From assembly GCF_009834535.1 (NCBI RefSeq), contig NC_045698.1, positions 12,030,001 through 12,094,000 on the forward strand: 64,000 nt of DNA. The letters run 5' to 3'. The translations under genes were made by a program, and so were the position numbers. Below, piece after piece: positions 52,642 to 64,000 of this stretch; the first letter of the stretch is position 1; every line of letters starts with the position of its first letter. This DNA comes from Camelus ferus. Its lineage: Eukaryota. Under the pieces are notes generated by a model. The model was not told where the DNA came from. It worked only from the letters and a program-made list of their open reading frames with translations, and did no database searches.

Positions 52642-54319
52642 ATCTGAAAAACGAAGACGGCTGCTGGCTAAGGGAACGAGGCCGGTAAGGATGGTAAGGA
52701 CAGCAGCCCCACAGTCACGGAACACAGACCAGGCCGGGGCTGCGCGGGGCCAAGGGCAGTAGTTAGAGGCTGAGCAGGAGGAAACTCAAACTGGGGGCGA
52801 AGAGCTGGGGCCAGCGGAGCGAGGGGCCACTGTGGGCGTGGTGGTGGGGCTGAACGGAAGGAAGCACCAAGGACTGAATTCCAGCCTTTGCGGGGGCTGG
52901 AGACAATACCTCTGAAGGCTAAGGTCAAAGATGAGGCCACATGGTGGAGACCGAAGCCCCTGACCACACAGGTCATCAGGCTACAAGTCATAGAGACAGA
53001 GAACGGAGGTGCACAAAGGCTGCAGTTCACAGGCCACGATTCCAAGTGGGTCCACATTCAACTGCGACCAGAACGTGGCATCAAAGGGATAGTGTAGACA
53101 TGGCAGGAGGAATGGCTTCCAGGGACAGCGGTCGGCACTGCTCCACGGGCAGCCTGCGGGGGCCCACGGAGCCCTCCTCCCACTGCTCAGGGCAGGAGCT
53201 GAAGAGCATCTCAGAGAGAGCTAGGGGCAGACACAACGGGGTCTTTGGCAAAGAAAGAGAAGGAGAAGGTGGTGAAGGAAAAGTGAGAGGCTGCGGGAGA
53301 AGGTTCGCGCCTGCAGAAGAGCTCCCAGCGCCCAGATGAAGGGGTTAATGCTGGCGGCAGCACGAAGTCCCCAACAGTGAGAGAGGGAAGGAGACCCACA
53401 GCGGCTGGAAGGTGTTCTCGTGGTGACTCGGGAACCAGAGACGCAAGGCCCTGTGGGTATCACAACGATCAAGTCCCAGGAAGATATCCCCACACCTCTC
53501 ACCTATTTCATACTGAGTATCTAAGATGGTATTCAGGAGATGATGGAGGGAGAGGAAGGATATGATTAAATTCTTAACAACAGATGCTTAATATCTTTAG
53601 CCCAAAGTGTGGGGGGAAGTGGGGAGGTTGCGGGAGATGCAGGGGACAGCCAGCTTGGGGGTCCTCCCCTCGCTACTGCCACTATGGGCCACGGTACCTA
53701 CTGAGACGCTAGCAGTGCTACGTGAAGCCTCGGCCTCACCATCACGGCATCTAGATCTAACTCAAAGCCATTTCTGTGCCTCCCAGAGACCCATTCATCA
53801 CCGCGGGCCCCGCGCTGAAGGGCCTGCAAAGTCAGGCTCCTGCCAACTACGACCAGGGCTCAATGGGCCTTTGTCCTGAAAGACTTGACTGGAGGGGACC
53901 AGGCAGGCACCAGTGATTCCTCAGTCACAGACCCACCGGGGCGCCCTGGGAAAGCACAGTAATCAATCCTGTTTCCCCTTTTTTTTCTCATGCAGCATAA
54001 ATGCTGTATTCAGAGCAATGTCCCCCAGTGAAAACAGAAAGCTTGGCCTGTGACCAACATCGGCCCTACAGGACGGAGCGTGAGAGCTGCACTCGGGCAG
54101 AGTGGCCCCTGTAACAGACCCCGACACAGACAGGCGCCCAACACAGGCTGACTGATGAGTGAACAAACCCACGTGATTCTGATCGTGGTCGGAGCTGAAC
54201 GGAGCAGCCCGTTACTGGGCCCAAGCCCGTTACTGCGCTCTTGCCTGACCCTCACACAGCCCGGCGGTGGCGGTATGAGACGGACCTTCCCATTTCACAG
54301 GATAAGGAGGTTCGGATTG

Positions 54320-54765
54320 TGTCGTAGGTTGAATACTGGCCCCTGGAGGTATCAGGTCTTAATCCCCGAAATGTGCACGTTACATGGAAAGGGGATTTAC
54401 CAGGTGTGATGAAGTTAGGGGTCATGAGATGGGAAGACTGACCTGGACTACCCAGGTGGGCTCCAAATATCATCTCAAGTGTCCCTGTGAGAGGAAGGCG
54501 GGAGGAGATCTGACACAGACAGAGGAGGAGAGGGTGACAGGGCCACATGGCAGAGGCAGGAGTGATGTCCTGCAAGCCAGAGACACCAGCAACTAGCAGG
54601 AGCTGGAACAGGCAAGGAGCCCCTCCCCAGAGGCTCTGGGGGGAGCATAGCCTGCGACACCTTGATATTGATACTGATTTTGAACTTGTAAGGGAAGAAA
54701 TGTCTGTTGTACTGAGGCACCAAACTTGGGGCAATGTGTCACTGCTGCCCCAGGAAACCAGCACA
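54320..54765 (+). mobile_element. MaLR MLT1C/D-like LTR, near full length
   Basis: TGTCGTAGGTTGAAT...gagatgggaagactgacctggactacccaggtgggc...gctgccccaggaaaccagcaCA. Confidence 0.85.
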
Positions 54766-56607
54766 GTCACTGCGGGGCTAGGAAATGGAGCCAGCCCTCT
54801 CTGGAAGGCTGCCATTCTTCCCACCCCACCACCTCCATTTTTTAAAGGACTGAAGCTTCACTGTGGAGAGCTCTCCTGCAACTTGTGAACAAGGAAGTTC
54901 CATGTTTGCAAAAAAAAGCCAATGAGTCAACGCAGGGAACGGTCCTGTGTGAGGGGCCAAGAGTGAGAAAAGGATAGTTTTGTGGTCTTTCTGCTTCATC
55001 CTGGCCCCTCCCCATTTGCCTGCCCTTTGTAACTTGTGCCCAGCCTGGGACCAAATTTGTACACCCCTGAAAACATCGAGATGCTCAGCGTGTTTTGTGA
55101 GTCACCTGGCTCTTCCGAGACAGAATGACGGCTGGTAAAATATGTAAGTGGTTGTTTCTTCTAAGACTCCTCCAAGGGAGCCCCTGGGGGGTGGAAATGT
55201 TACAAGGTCTACTGGAGAGAAGCAAGCTTTTCAGTTATAAATCAAGGCAGAAACACGGGTATCGCCAGGTGTTGATCCCACCCACCCTAGTACAAGGTCC
55301 TCCAGCATGGAGACGCCCCACCTCTAGGTGGAATTAATACATCTGGGGTAAACAGAAAGTATCCGGCCAGTGCCTGCTAGGGTTAGAAGGCAGACAGTTA
55401 GGTGTCTGTTCTCAAAACAGAAAAGAGCGGACTTGGGAGGAGGAGAGGGAAAGAAGGAAGAACACGTACAGGAACATAAATCTACAAATTCAAGAAGAGC
55501 AGTCACTGGACAAAACCAAACCTGTCTACCTTCCCAGAACACTGAATGAAGGGCTCACCTTCAAACCTGGAACCACACCAATGTAAACCAGCTTTCTAAA
55601 ATGGTTTACACGCAAGTTAGTTTCAAAACCACGAAGACTTAAACCATAAACCAAATTTAAAACACTACGGCGGTACTTCTGTAACAGCCTGGATCCTTGG
55701 TCTCAGGGTTGGTGTCAGGGAGGAAAGGGTGCCTCCTACAAGCAAATCTGGGCATCCCCGCCAGGGCCAGGACCCTGGACAGTTCTTACAAGCACCGGTC
55801 TATGTGGACCCCATCCCAACTTGTCCCTACCTTTGGGGTTACATTTAGTGAGAGCAACTGCCTCATTGTACTCTTGTAACCCCCACCCCTTAGCTCTTTT
55901 TGATCAAATCAGTCTTACTACACTTACGTTCATGGAGCTCAATTATTTCAAGTAGAGATTTTTGCCTGTTTACAAAAACTAGCTCAACCCACAGTAGAAG
56001 CAGCCCCCGGCAAGTATAGAAAACCTTGACTTGGATTTCTAATGTAGTTAAGATACTTAGAAAGCACCTTAAGCAAATTTTTCAAATAATTCAAGTTCTC
56101 ACTTTGAAATTTGATGTGTAAAATAAATTTATTTTTAAACATTTATCTAACCACCACTTGTTTTTAAGCCCTGAATTCACTGTTTCTCTCTATTGAGGCA
56201 GAGAAAAATTTTGTCTGGACTACTCCATTTTCCAGTGGCCCAGTTTCGTCATGTGGGAATGTAATAAATATTTAACTGTTAGCCTCACTGCAGCCTGCTT
56301 AAATATCAAAGTGGTATTTAAAATAACAACGCTTAGAGCCAAAAAAGAAACCAGCACACAGAAAGCTTTCGGCCAGCAGCAGTGGCTATGACTAAGGACA
56401 ACATCAATTAGATAAAAAATAAGTAGTAGATGTAATAAATTTAAAATTAATATTTAACAAACACTCAAAATAGAAAAGTCAATGCCTATATAATCTGCTA
56501 TTTGTTCCTTTTCAAAGGACCACTTGGTTAATATGCCTCCACAAAAATCAGATATGCAGGGTCTATAAAGTTAAATACCCTAAAGATAAAATTCTGAGTT
56601 TTCTTAC

Positions 56608-56714
56608 CTCTTGTTCTAGACAAAACCATCTCCTTTATTATTTGCATAATAACACGTCCCAGCATCATGACGGAAATCAGGTGATACACTCTCCACGGGG
56701 TCAGTGCCAGGAAC
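56608..56714 (-). other. SVIL: 107-nt spliced 5'UTR exon carrying the uORF start codons
   Basis: Minus strand reads tttttgccgtgatag|GTTCCTGGCACTG...TCTAGAACAAGAG|gtaaga: AG acceptor and near-consensus donor. Resembles a recalled human SVIL non-coding exon. Confidence 0.75.
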
Positions 56715-58271
56715 CTATCACGGCAAAAACAGACAAATCATGATTTCAACGTGAGGATTTTTACCTTTTTTTTTTTCCCTTAAAATGAGGTTTTCTTTCT
56801 GCCAAAGAAGTAAAAAATACATTCAACAATGGTGTCACTTTTCAAAAGCACCCCGGTGTGAGTGCATAGGAGTTACTTTAATGGGCATCAAAAGTCAGCA
56901 AAATCAAAGTGCTGGAGCCACGTGCTAGTTGTGTGCGAGGCTTTCTGCTCCGACCTCCAGCTCGGGCAGAGGATCTGCTGTCCTGGGTGTGGCCCAGATA
57001 TCTCTCTACTTAACAGGCGGAGAACAGAACTGACCTGGAACAGACTGATGAGGGGCCAAGCAAAGAGGCAGAGCTGCAGGGTCTTCTCGGACACACGGCG
57101 CAGCTGGAGCACATGTCCTTGACTGCTGTCCTCTAACGGTTTTTTCTTTTATGCCATGTTCATTCTTTAACTCCTACCCCCTCCCCACCAATCTCTTATA
57201 AATTAGCAATAATTAGTGATCCAATTTGTGAGCTCTTTCTCTTTAAGATCAATGCCCTTCTGTCTATCTGCCCACCTCCTCCCCAGAGGGAAACAAAGAA
57301 TTCTTTATCATGAACAGCACACAGAACTTACAGTACTTTTTTTTTTTTAAATTGGGCTTATAAAGGGATGGAATGGCAAAGAAGTCACAAGAAGCTTTGA
57401 GGTTGAAGTCCATTTTACACAAGTTAGTTGGTTAAGCTGCCAATTAATATTAACTTCAGTGCAATCATAACTCGGAAGAATTAAATTAACAGATAAATCA
57501 TTTAATACTAGTTGCAAGGCACTGCGGGCTGTATAGAGAAGCAAAAAGCACACGCACATTGCCTTCTAGGGGCTTACTTCCTCATCAGAGAGACACACAG
57601 GCTGAGCTAACAAAGTCCCAGGCAATGAGTCTTGGCGCTGTAATAGAACGTGAACAAAGAGCGAAAAGAAGCAAAGGAAGAGAAACTCCAAATCGGGGAA
57701 AATTTACAGAAGTGGCACTGAACTTGGTCTGAGAGGATGGATGCAACTCAGAGGAAAACAGAAGCTGTTCCATTTGGACAATACAACACGAACAACCAGA
57801 GTCAGGCAAGGGTGAGGTGTGCCTGGGGCATGCCAAGTGGTCTGCGGTGGCCCCAGCAGGAGGACAGGGATAAAAAGAGAGTTGGGAGACTGGCAGAGAG
57901 AAGAGATTGAGGCGCCAGGCTCGGGGCAGACTGCGGCAGGCCCTGAAGGATACATAGGGAGTTTGGTCTTAACACCACTGGCAACGGAGATAAAGCCAAA
58001 GGTACACAGTAGGAAAAATGAAATGATGAGCAATTTAGGAAAATGCCTGGGGGCAGCGGAGAGGACGAGATGGGGTAGGGAGGAAGCATGGAGTCCAGGA
58101 GATCCACTAGCAAGTTATGCAATGTGTTTGGTGAGAAGTGGTCAACAAGAGATGCTGGTGAAGTTGTGGATAAAACCTCCACCAGAAGGTGGGCAACCCA
58201 AATTCTGGGTCTGGTTCCAGTGTTAACTGCATGTGTGACCTGGGCCAGTAAAATAAGTGGGTAGAGTAGGT

Positions 58272-58360
58272 CAGTGCTTCTTAAATATTGGTCTGCAAGT
58301 GCCAGCAGGTTGGCTGCTTGGAAAGCTTGTTAAAATGCAGATTCCCAGACCCTAGGCTCC
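58272..58360. mobile_element. MER5-like hAT fragment
   Basis: cagtgcttcttaaa...agcttgttaaaatgcagattcccagaccc. Confidence 0.55.
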
Positions 58361-58739
58361 TCCCACTATCCTCTGAAACAGGGGGTCTAATTATGAGCAT
58401 TTATATTCAATGAATATTTATTTATGGAGGGCCTCGACTGGGCCAGGCACTATGCTATCAAAAAGGAATAAACAGAGAACATGAAATGCAGGGGAAGGAG
58501 CAGACATAAAAGATAACCCATAATGCCAGCATCCATGTCTTTAGTAATAACAATTTGCTCTAATAATTTGGGTCCCACACGTGCTCTATTTTTGAGCTGT
58601 TACGTTTGTTTCAACCGAGGTTGTTTTGGTATTTGTTTCCTTTTTGGCTTACCTCCTCACTATCAGTTTATGATTAATTCTACTGTCTGTGTGCCAGGCT
58701 CTCAATTTTCCCCACCTCACAGTGAAGTGGCAGTTTGCA

Positions 58740-58950
58740 AAATTTCTGAGAGTGATCCACAGTAAGAAATTCATTTACATCTAAATGCACGCACAGGAAA
58801 CCAAAGTTTCAAAAATAATATTTATCCTTACAATGTGTAATGCCTGCTGATACTTTCTATCAAAAATTCCTTCAATTCTATTATATTTTAATATTATTTT
58901 TCCTTCAATTCTATTATTTTTTAAGTGCTATGACTCACTAAAGCAACTTT
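58740..58950. mobile_element. hAT-Charlie-type DNA transposon relic, subfamily uncertain
   Basis: gatccacagtaagaaattcatttacat...aaaccaaagtttcaaaaataatatttatccttac. Confidence 0.4.
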
Positions 58951-59284
58951 ACAGATGAGTTGTAACTCACAGTGTGACTCACACTGCATCAGAGGGAAGC
59001 TGCAAATGTTAGATTAGTATGCTTCATTAGAATGGCCTTCTTTGCAGAGCCAGGCAAAGCCCTAGGAGAGAAAGTTTTCTCAAGTTTAAAGGTCTTTAGA
59101 GCTGGCCAGGAAGCCATTTAAGCATATTCTAAAAACCAAAGAAATGCAAAACCAACTGAAGCAGTGAAGGTCATTAGTTATTCTTTTAGTGGAAATTACA
59201 GTCTCCTAGGAATAGACAAATTAGGTAATGACAGGACTTTGACACACCGCCCTGGCTGCCAGAGACCTCATCTAGAGGGCATTG

Positions 59285-59430
59285 TTGGGGGAGGGGATAA
59301 CTCAGTGGTAGAGTGCATGCCTAGCATGCACAAGGTCCTGGGTTCTTTCCCCAGTACCTCTATTAAAAAATAAATAAGAAAACCTAATTATCTTCCCCTC
59401 AAAAAAAAAAAAAATTAAAAAACACACAGA
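59285..59430 (+). mobile_element. Camelid tRNA-derived SINE (Vic-1 type)
   Basis: GGGGATAACTCAGTGGTAGAGTGCATGCCTAGCATGCACAAGGTCCTGGGTTC, A tail; perfect 12-bp TSD TAGAGGGCATTG at 59273-59284 and 59431-59442. Confidence 0.92.
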
Positions 59431-59875
59431 TAGAGGGCATTGCATAGAAACTCCAAAGAGCACTGGGGATGTCCCTGTGTGTCCTGGACAAGGGTCGAGT
59501 TAGTCATTAAGAATCCTCAGCCAGATGAGAAGGCAAACCCAACTACTTGGGATGGAAATGCCCAAACTGTATGGGATTGCATGTTTCTTGGTAGATGAGC
59601 TTCTTTGCAGCCCAAGAATTAAGTACAGAAATGTTTGAGAAACAAAGTCCCAATATTAATAAACTGTACTTAGAAAAACCTGCACATATATGTTGTTTTA
59701 ATTATTTTTACTGCCTAGGATGATTTGTCCCATGGTTCCAATTTAAAATGTATAGTATAATTTAGACCTGTGATTTGAAATTAAAATCTTAGGAACACCT
59801 ATGAGTCTATTTAGTTTACCTATGAGTTTATTTATTGCCTAATATTTGGGAGAGCTTGGTTGTTAGACAAAGTCA

Positions 59876-61010
59876 TTTTTTTAAAAAACTTTTATTTTGG
59901 TAACTTTCAAACATATACAAAAAGAGACACCAACATATAACCAATCCAGCCTCAACAATTCTCCATTCACGACCAATCTTGTTTCTTCCGTATTCCTACC
60001 TCCTAAGCTCCCCGCTCCACATACACACCCAAAATATTTGAAGCAAATCCCAAGCACCACATAATTTAATCTGCAAATATTGTCATTTATCTTCAAAAAC
60101 AAAAAAGGACTTTTTAACCTAACAACACCACTATCATACCTAATAAAACTGCTTTAATTCCTTAATGTCATCAGATACCTGCCAGCATTCACCTTTGCCT
60201 AGTCATCTTTTGCATACACGTACACACACACATTCAGTGAAAGACTGAAAAAGAATCTGAAAAATTCATACACTGAAATTAACAGATGTGAGTTTTAAAT
60301 TTCCTGTAATTTATAGGTCTCCTGCTTGCACTGCACCCCCCCCATCTCTCTTTCTCTCTCATTTTTTGCTTGAAATTTTTGCGGAAGAAACAGACTCATT
60401 CTGTCCAGTAAACTTTTCCAGAATCTGAGAGTCGTTCATTATATCCTTGTGGTTTAGTTTAACATTTTCCTCCATCCCTTCTGCAGACTGGAAAAATTGG
60501 TAGTTGCACCTAGAGCCTTCACCAGATTTATGTTCAACTTTTTTTCCTATAAAACTGCATGGTAGGTGGTGGTGTGTGTTCCTATCAGGCACAGTCCTGT
60601 GTCTGTTTTTGAGAAAGCAGCCATCAGTGGTGACTACACGGCTATTAATTCCACAGGGGCGACATGTGGGTAACAGCCCATCATTCCTGCTTCGGGTGTT
60701 TGCTGGATCATGTCTATAGTGAGAAAACTCGCTTCATCAATGTTTGATTACCATTAGAGATGCATCTCATGGGAAAGGCATGAACAATACTTGATTATTT
60801 CTCTTTATTTACCAGCTTTCAAGATAATAAGACAGTTCCTTCGTATCCTCTAAAAGTAATGAAGTTGGTTTTCTTCATTCCTTTTTTTCAGTGTTATTAT
60901 GAATGCTGTGCTCCAGTCCACTGCAGTATTATCAGCTAACCCTCAACTGTCCCATCTTGGCAGGTGGAGCGTAATCAGGTTGGTTCCTGAGCCCCTTTGG
61001 TACAACCTTA
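59876..61010 (-). mobile_element. L1MC4/5-like 3' region
   Basis: tttattttggtaactttcaaacatatacaaaa...ttgaagcaaatcccaagc...ttcctgagcccctttgg. Confidence 0.65.
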
Positions 61011-61959
61011 GTAACCTTCGATAATAAAGTACTTTAAAGGGACGGGGAAAATATAAAATTTACAAATGCAGTTTAAAATGTTGAAAGGAGTATAACAAAA
61101 ATTTTTAACGAAACCAATCATTCACCAAAGACTGTCCTGAAAATGGCTGTTAAAATTTGCTAGATTTTTAAATAAGTTAGGTTAGTTAAATGGAAAGCTC
61201 AAGGCAAAACGAGTGTTGTAACTCTACTAAATCAAAATTCATTTTTTAAAAAGTAGTTGAACAAAGTCGTTTCGAACCAATCTTTTCTTTATATGAAAAC
61301 TGTCTTACAGGACATCAAAAAAAAGGAAAAAAATCCCTGTCTCCTGGCCATAAGTGATTCTAATGCGGGCACCCTGAAGCACCACTCAGGGGAAGACTAC
61401 ACTTCCATCCGACCCCTGATTCTAGGTGAGAACACCCACCTCCACTGAAATACATCTCACATCAGGAAGCTCAGTATATTTTCAGCATCCAGTTTCCTAC
61501 AGTATCCTTTTATTCCTGGGGGAAGGACAAATTCTGTTTTCATTCCATAACCAGTGACTGTCAGACCCTGGGCTAGCTGCGGGGACACACTGATGACTAA
61601 ATCTCAGCGAAGCCGGGAAGCAGACAAGTAAACAGCCGAGTTTAACCCAAGTACTTTCCAAAATGCTGTGGGAGCAGAAAAGAGAGCCGATAACTGCCTA
61701 CGGGAGACAGAGAGAGCTCTCCAGAGAAGGTGGCCTTTAAGCTTTGACTCCCTAGAGAAGTCGGACTTTGCCGGATGGGAGTGACAAAGGCATTCCAGAT
61801 GGGGACCCGCGTAAGCAGAGGGCAGAGCAAGAGTGGGAGATGCTAGGACAGGACAGTGAGAAAGGCTGACTCTAACGCTGGCCTCCCTCCACCCAGCGGC
61901 GCTGGTTCTGCTTTCCGGGACCACCTGCAGATGAATAAAACCACTGATGCCTAGCGAGT

Positions 61960-62130
61960 GAGATCACAGTTCTGAGAACTTCATATGTATTCGCTCATCT
62001 TATCCTTCTAACAATCCCGTGGGGAAGGTACTATGATTATCTCCGTTTTACAGATGAGCAGAGAGGTTAAGAAATCCGCCCAGGACCCCAGGACCCGGGG
62101 AGGTAGGACCAGGATCCAGAAAGGACTCAG
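61960..62130 (-). mobile_element. MIR SINE
   Basis: aaggtactatgattatctccgttttacagatgagcagagaggttaagaaat. Confidence 0.65.
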
Positions 62131-62534
62131 GAGTCCAGCCAGCCTGGCTCTCAGCCAGCTCCCTCACTCTGCTGAACATCCCCCCGACACCAGCTCCCAC
62201 CTCCTCCTCTGCCTGTTATCCCACAGAAGTAGCTGGAAGGGCTGTCACCAATTTTTGGAGAATATGTCTGCTGAACTGACTTAGGAGATTCCAGGAGCGC
62301 TCCTCAAAGACACCAGCCGTCACCACCAAGGTTGCGGAAAGTGGGGATTATGTCCACACCTCTTCCCTGGTCCCCTCACCTCTTCCCCAGGCGTCCCACC
62401 TCTCCTCTGGCTTTTCAGGCCAAATCTCCCCACTGGGCATCTGGTCCCCACAGGAGGGGTGGGGGGACACCAGGAGGAACCTTAAATCCCTTTGTTCTGG
62501 ACTCCATGGCTTTACTTGTACGGCCTTTTTAAAA

Positions 62535-63212
62535 AACTTAATTGGCTTCATTTTTTTAGAGCAGTTTAAGGTTTATAGAAAAACTGAGTGGACTGTGCAG
62601 AGACTTCCCACGTATCTCCTCCCCCATCTCCCCGCCCCACGTACAGAGTCTCTTAGAATTAACACCTTGCTTCAGTGTGATACAGTTGTTGTAACCCATA
62701 AGCCAATATTGATAAGCTAATAACTGAAGCCCATAGTTTCCAGTAAGGTTCACTCTTTGTGTTGTACTTTCTATAGGTTTTGACAAATGCAGAATGTCAC
62801 ATATCCACCATGATAGTGTCACACAGAGTATTTTCACTGCCCTAAAAATCCCCTGTGCTCCACACAGTCATTCCTTCCTCTTTCCCCATAAACCCTGGTG
62901 ACCGATGGTCTTGTACTGTCTCTTCGGGTCTGTCTTTTCCAGAATGCCATACAGTTGGAATCACACAGTATGTAGCCTTTTCAGACTGGCTCCCTTCACT
63001 TAGCAGTATTTATTCAAGCTCCTCTGTCTTTTCATGATTTGATAGCCCATTTCTTTTTATTATCGAATAGCATTTCATCATACGATGTACCACTGTTTAC
63101 CCATTCACCTCCTGAAGGACATCTTGGTTGCTTCCAAGTTTTGACGATTATAAATAACACTGCTCTAAAAACGTGTGTGCAGGATTTTGTGTGGTTGTAA
63201 GTTTTCAACTCA
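62535..63212 (-). mobile_element. L1MB/L1MC-like 3' end
   Basis: tttttagagcagtttaaggtttatagaaaaactgag...gtttacccattcacctcctgaaggacatcttggttgcttccaagtttt. Confidence 0.85.
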
Positions 63213-64000
63213 TTAATTCATTCGGACACAGCATTTTTTTTTAACAGCTCCATCAGCATGCTGGCTTATTTTGAATTTACAGGCAGCTAAAACCCTCAAG
63301 GATTCTATTCTTCTGATGCAAATTTTGGATCTCAGTATGTCCTATTCCATTCGTTCTTGTGTGACACAGCCCATCATTCAAACCCACAGACTTTAATGGT
63401 GGCATCAGTCACACTCGTTCTCCTGTCGAGCTTCATGACACCCACACATTTGATGTCTGCATGTTATCTGTGCTCATTCTCACTACTGGGCAGAGATCGG
63501 TCAGTGCTGGAGCCCTGTGACTTCCCAGGAGCAGCTGCTCCCACAGCGACCTCCGTTTGCTAATCAGCAGCTTATGAAACATGACAGGTCATCTAGTTTG
63601 CTGCTACATTCTGTCCACGTTATTCCATTCTTCCATAAAGACCTCATAAGAGATCTTCTTAAACACCTTGCTGCAACCTGCCGCATTTCTAAGGTCTGCG
63701 TTTCTGTGAGTGTCGATCTGCTTGGCTGATGCTGCAAATTACTCTGAAGTAGAGAACAGCTCTCAGCAGAAGAACCAAACACCATTAGGGTCTGCCAGCA
63801 AATATCACAGGGCACAGCCTGATCCAAGCCCCGGGGTGAACTTGCCAATCTGCCCATTCACAGAATTCACAGAAACACCTTGTGACCCCCTCCCCCATGG
63901 AGGAATTCAGAGGCAAAGACGGCCACACACAGGGGCCCAGAGGACTCCAGAATGCTGTAGAACAGTTATTCAGAGATGGGTTATGGCCACAACACAGGAC

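Larger units (their letters stand above)
1..64000 (-). other. SVIL: 5' non-coding (intronic/5'UTR) region of a large gene, probably supervillin; main coding exons lie outside the window
   Basis: Three minus-strand exons with GT donors. The two short ones resemble human SVIL 5'UTR exons as I recall them, and their order before a muscle-type promoter fits the supervillin/archvillin two-promoter layout. Identification is from memory and needs BLAST. Confidence 0.7.

Noticed and set aside
54252..54824. 190-aa minus-strand ORF
   Set aside because: Lies mostly within an MLT1 LTR.
63564..63857. 97-aa ORF with a possible acceptor (ctctacttcag)
   Set aside because: No convincing donor and no recognisable protein similarity.
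1..64000. CRISPR array, operon, intact retroviral or L1 ORFs, processed protein pseudogene, miRNA hairpin
   Set aside because: None seen; all mobile elements are truncated or degenerate and no regularly spaced repeat array is present.

Overview
Mammalian non-coding genomic DNA, almost certainly from a camelid: it has four tRNA-derived SINEs of the camelid Vic-1 type and a camelid-type L1 3' end. I find no canonical protein-coding exon; the listed ORFs look like chance ORFs in GC-rich or repeat DNA. The window reads as the 5' intronic/5'UTR part of a large minus-strand gene, which I identify from memory (not verified by search) as SVIL (supervillin/archvillin). It contains two short spliced 5'UTR exons (56608-56714 and 28371-28474) and a longer exon ending at a donor at 7206, embedded in a dense cluster of MEF2/E-box/TEAD motifs, consistent with the muscle-specific (archvillin) first exon. 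Most interesting: splicing the two UTR exons creates a 41-codon upstream ORF, and all four ATGs of the first exon lie in its single stop-free frame; the muscle promoter would bypass this uORF and bring its own uORFs. Other items: a 30-nt tailless U6 retrocopy with a 14-bp target-site duplication (TSD), an L1>LTR>SINE nested insertion, a strong CTCF motif, small inverted-repeat structures, and many L1, L2, MIR, MaLR/ERV LTR and MER-type relics. Repeat subfamily names and most repeat boundaries are by eye and approximate unless a TSD is quoted.
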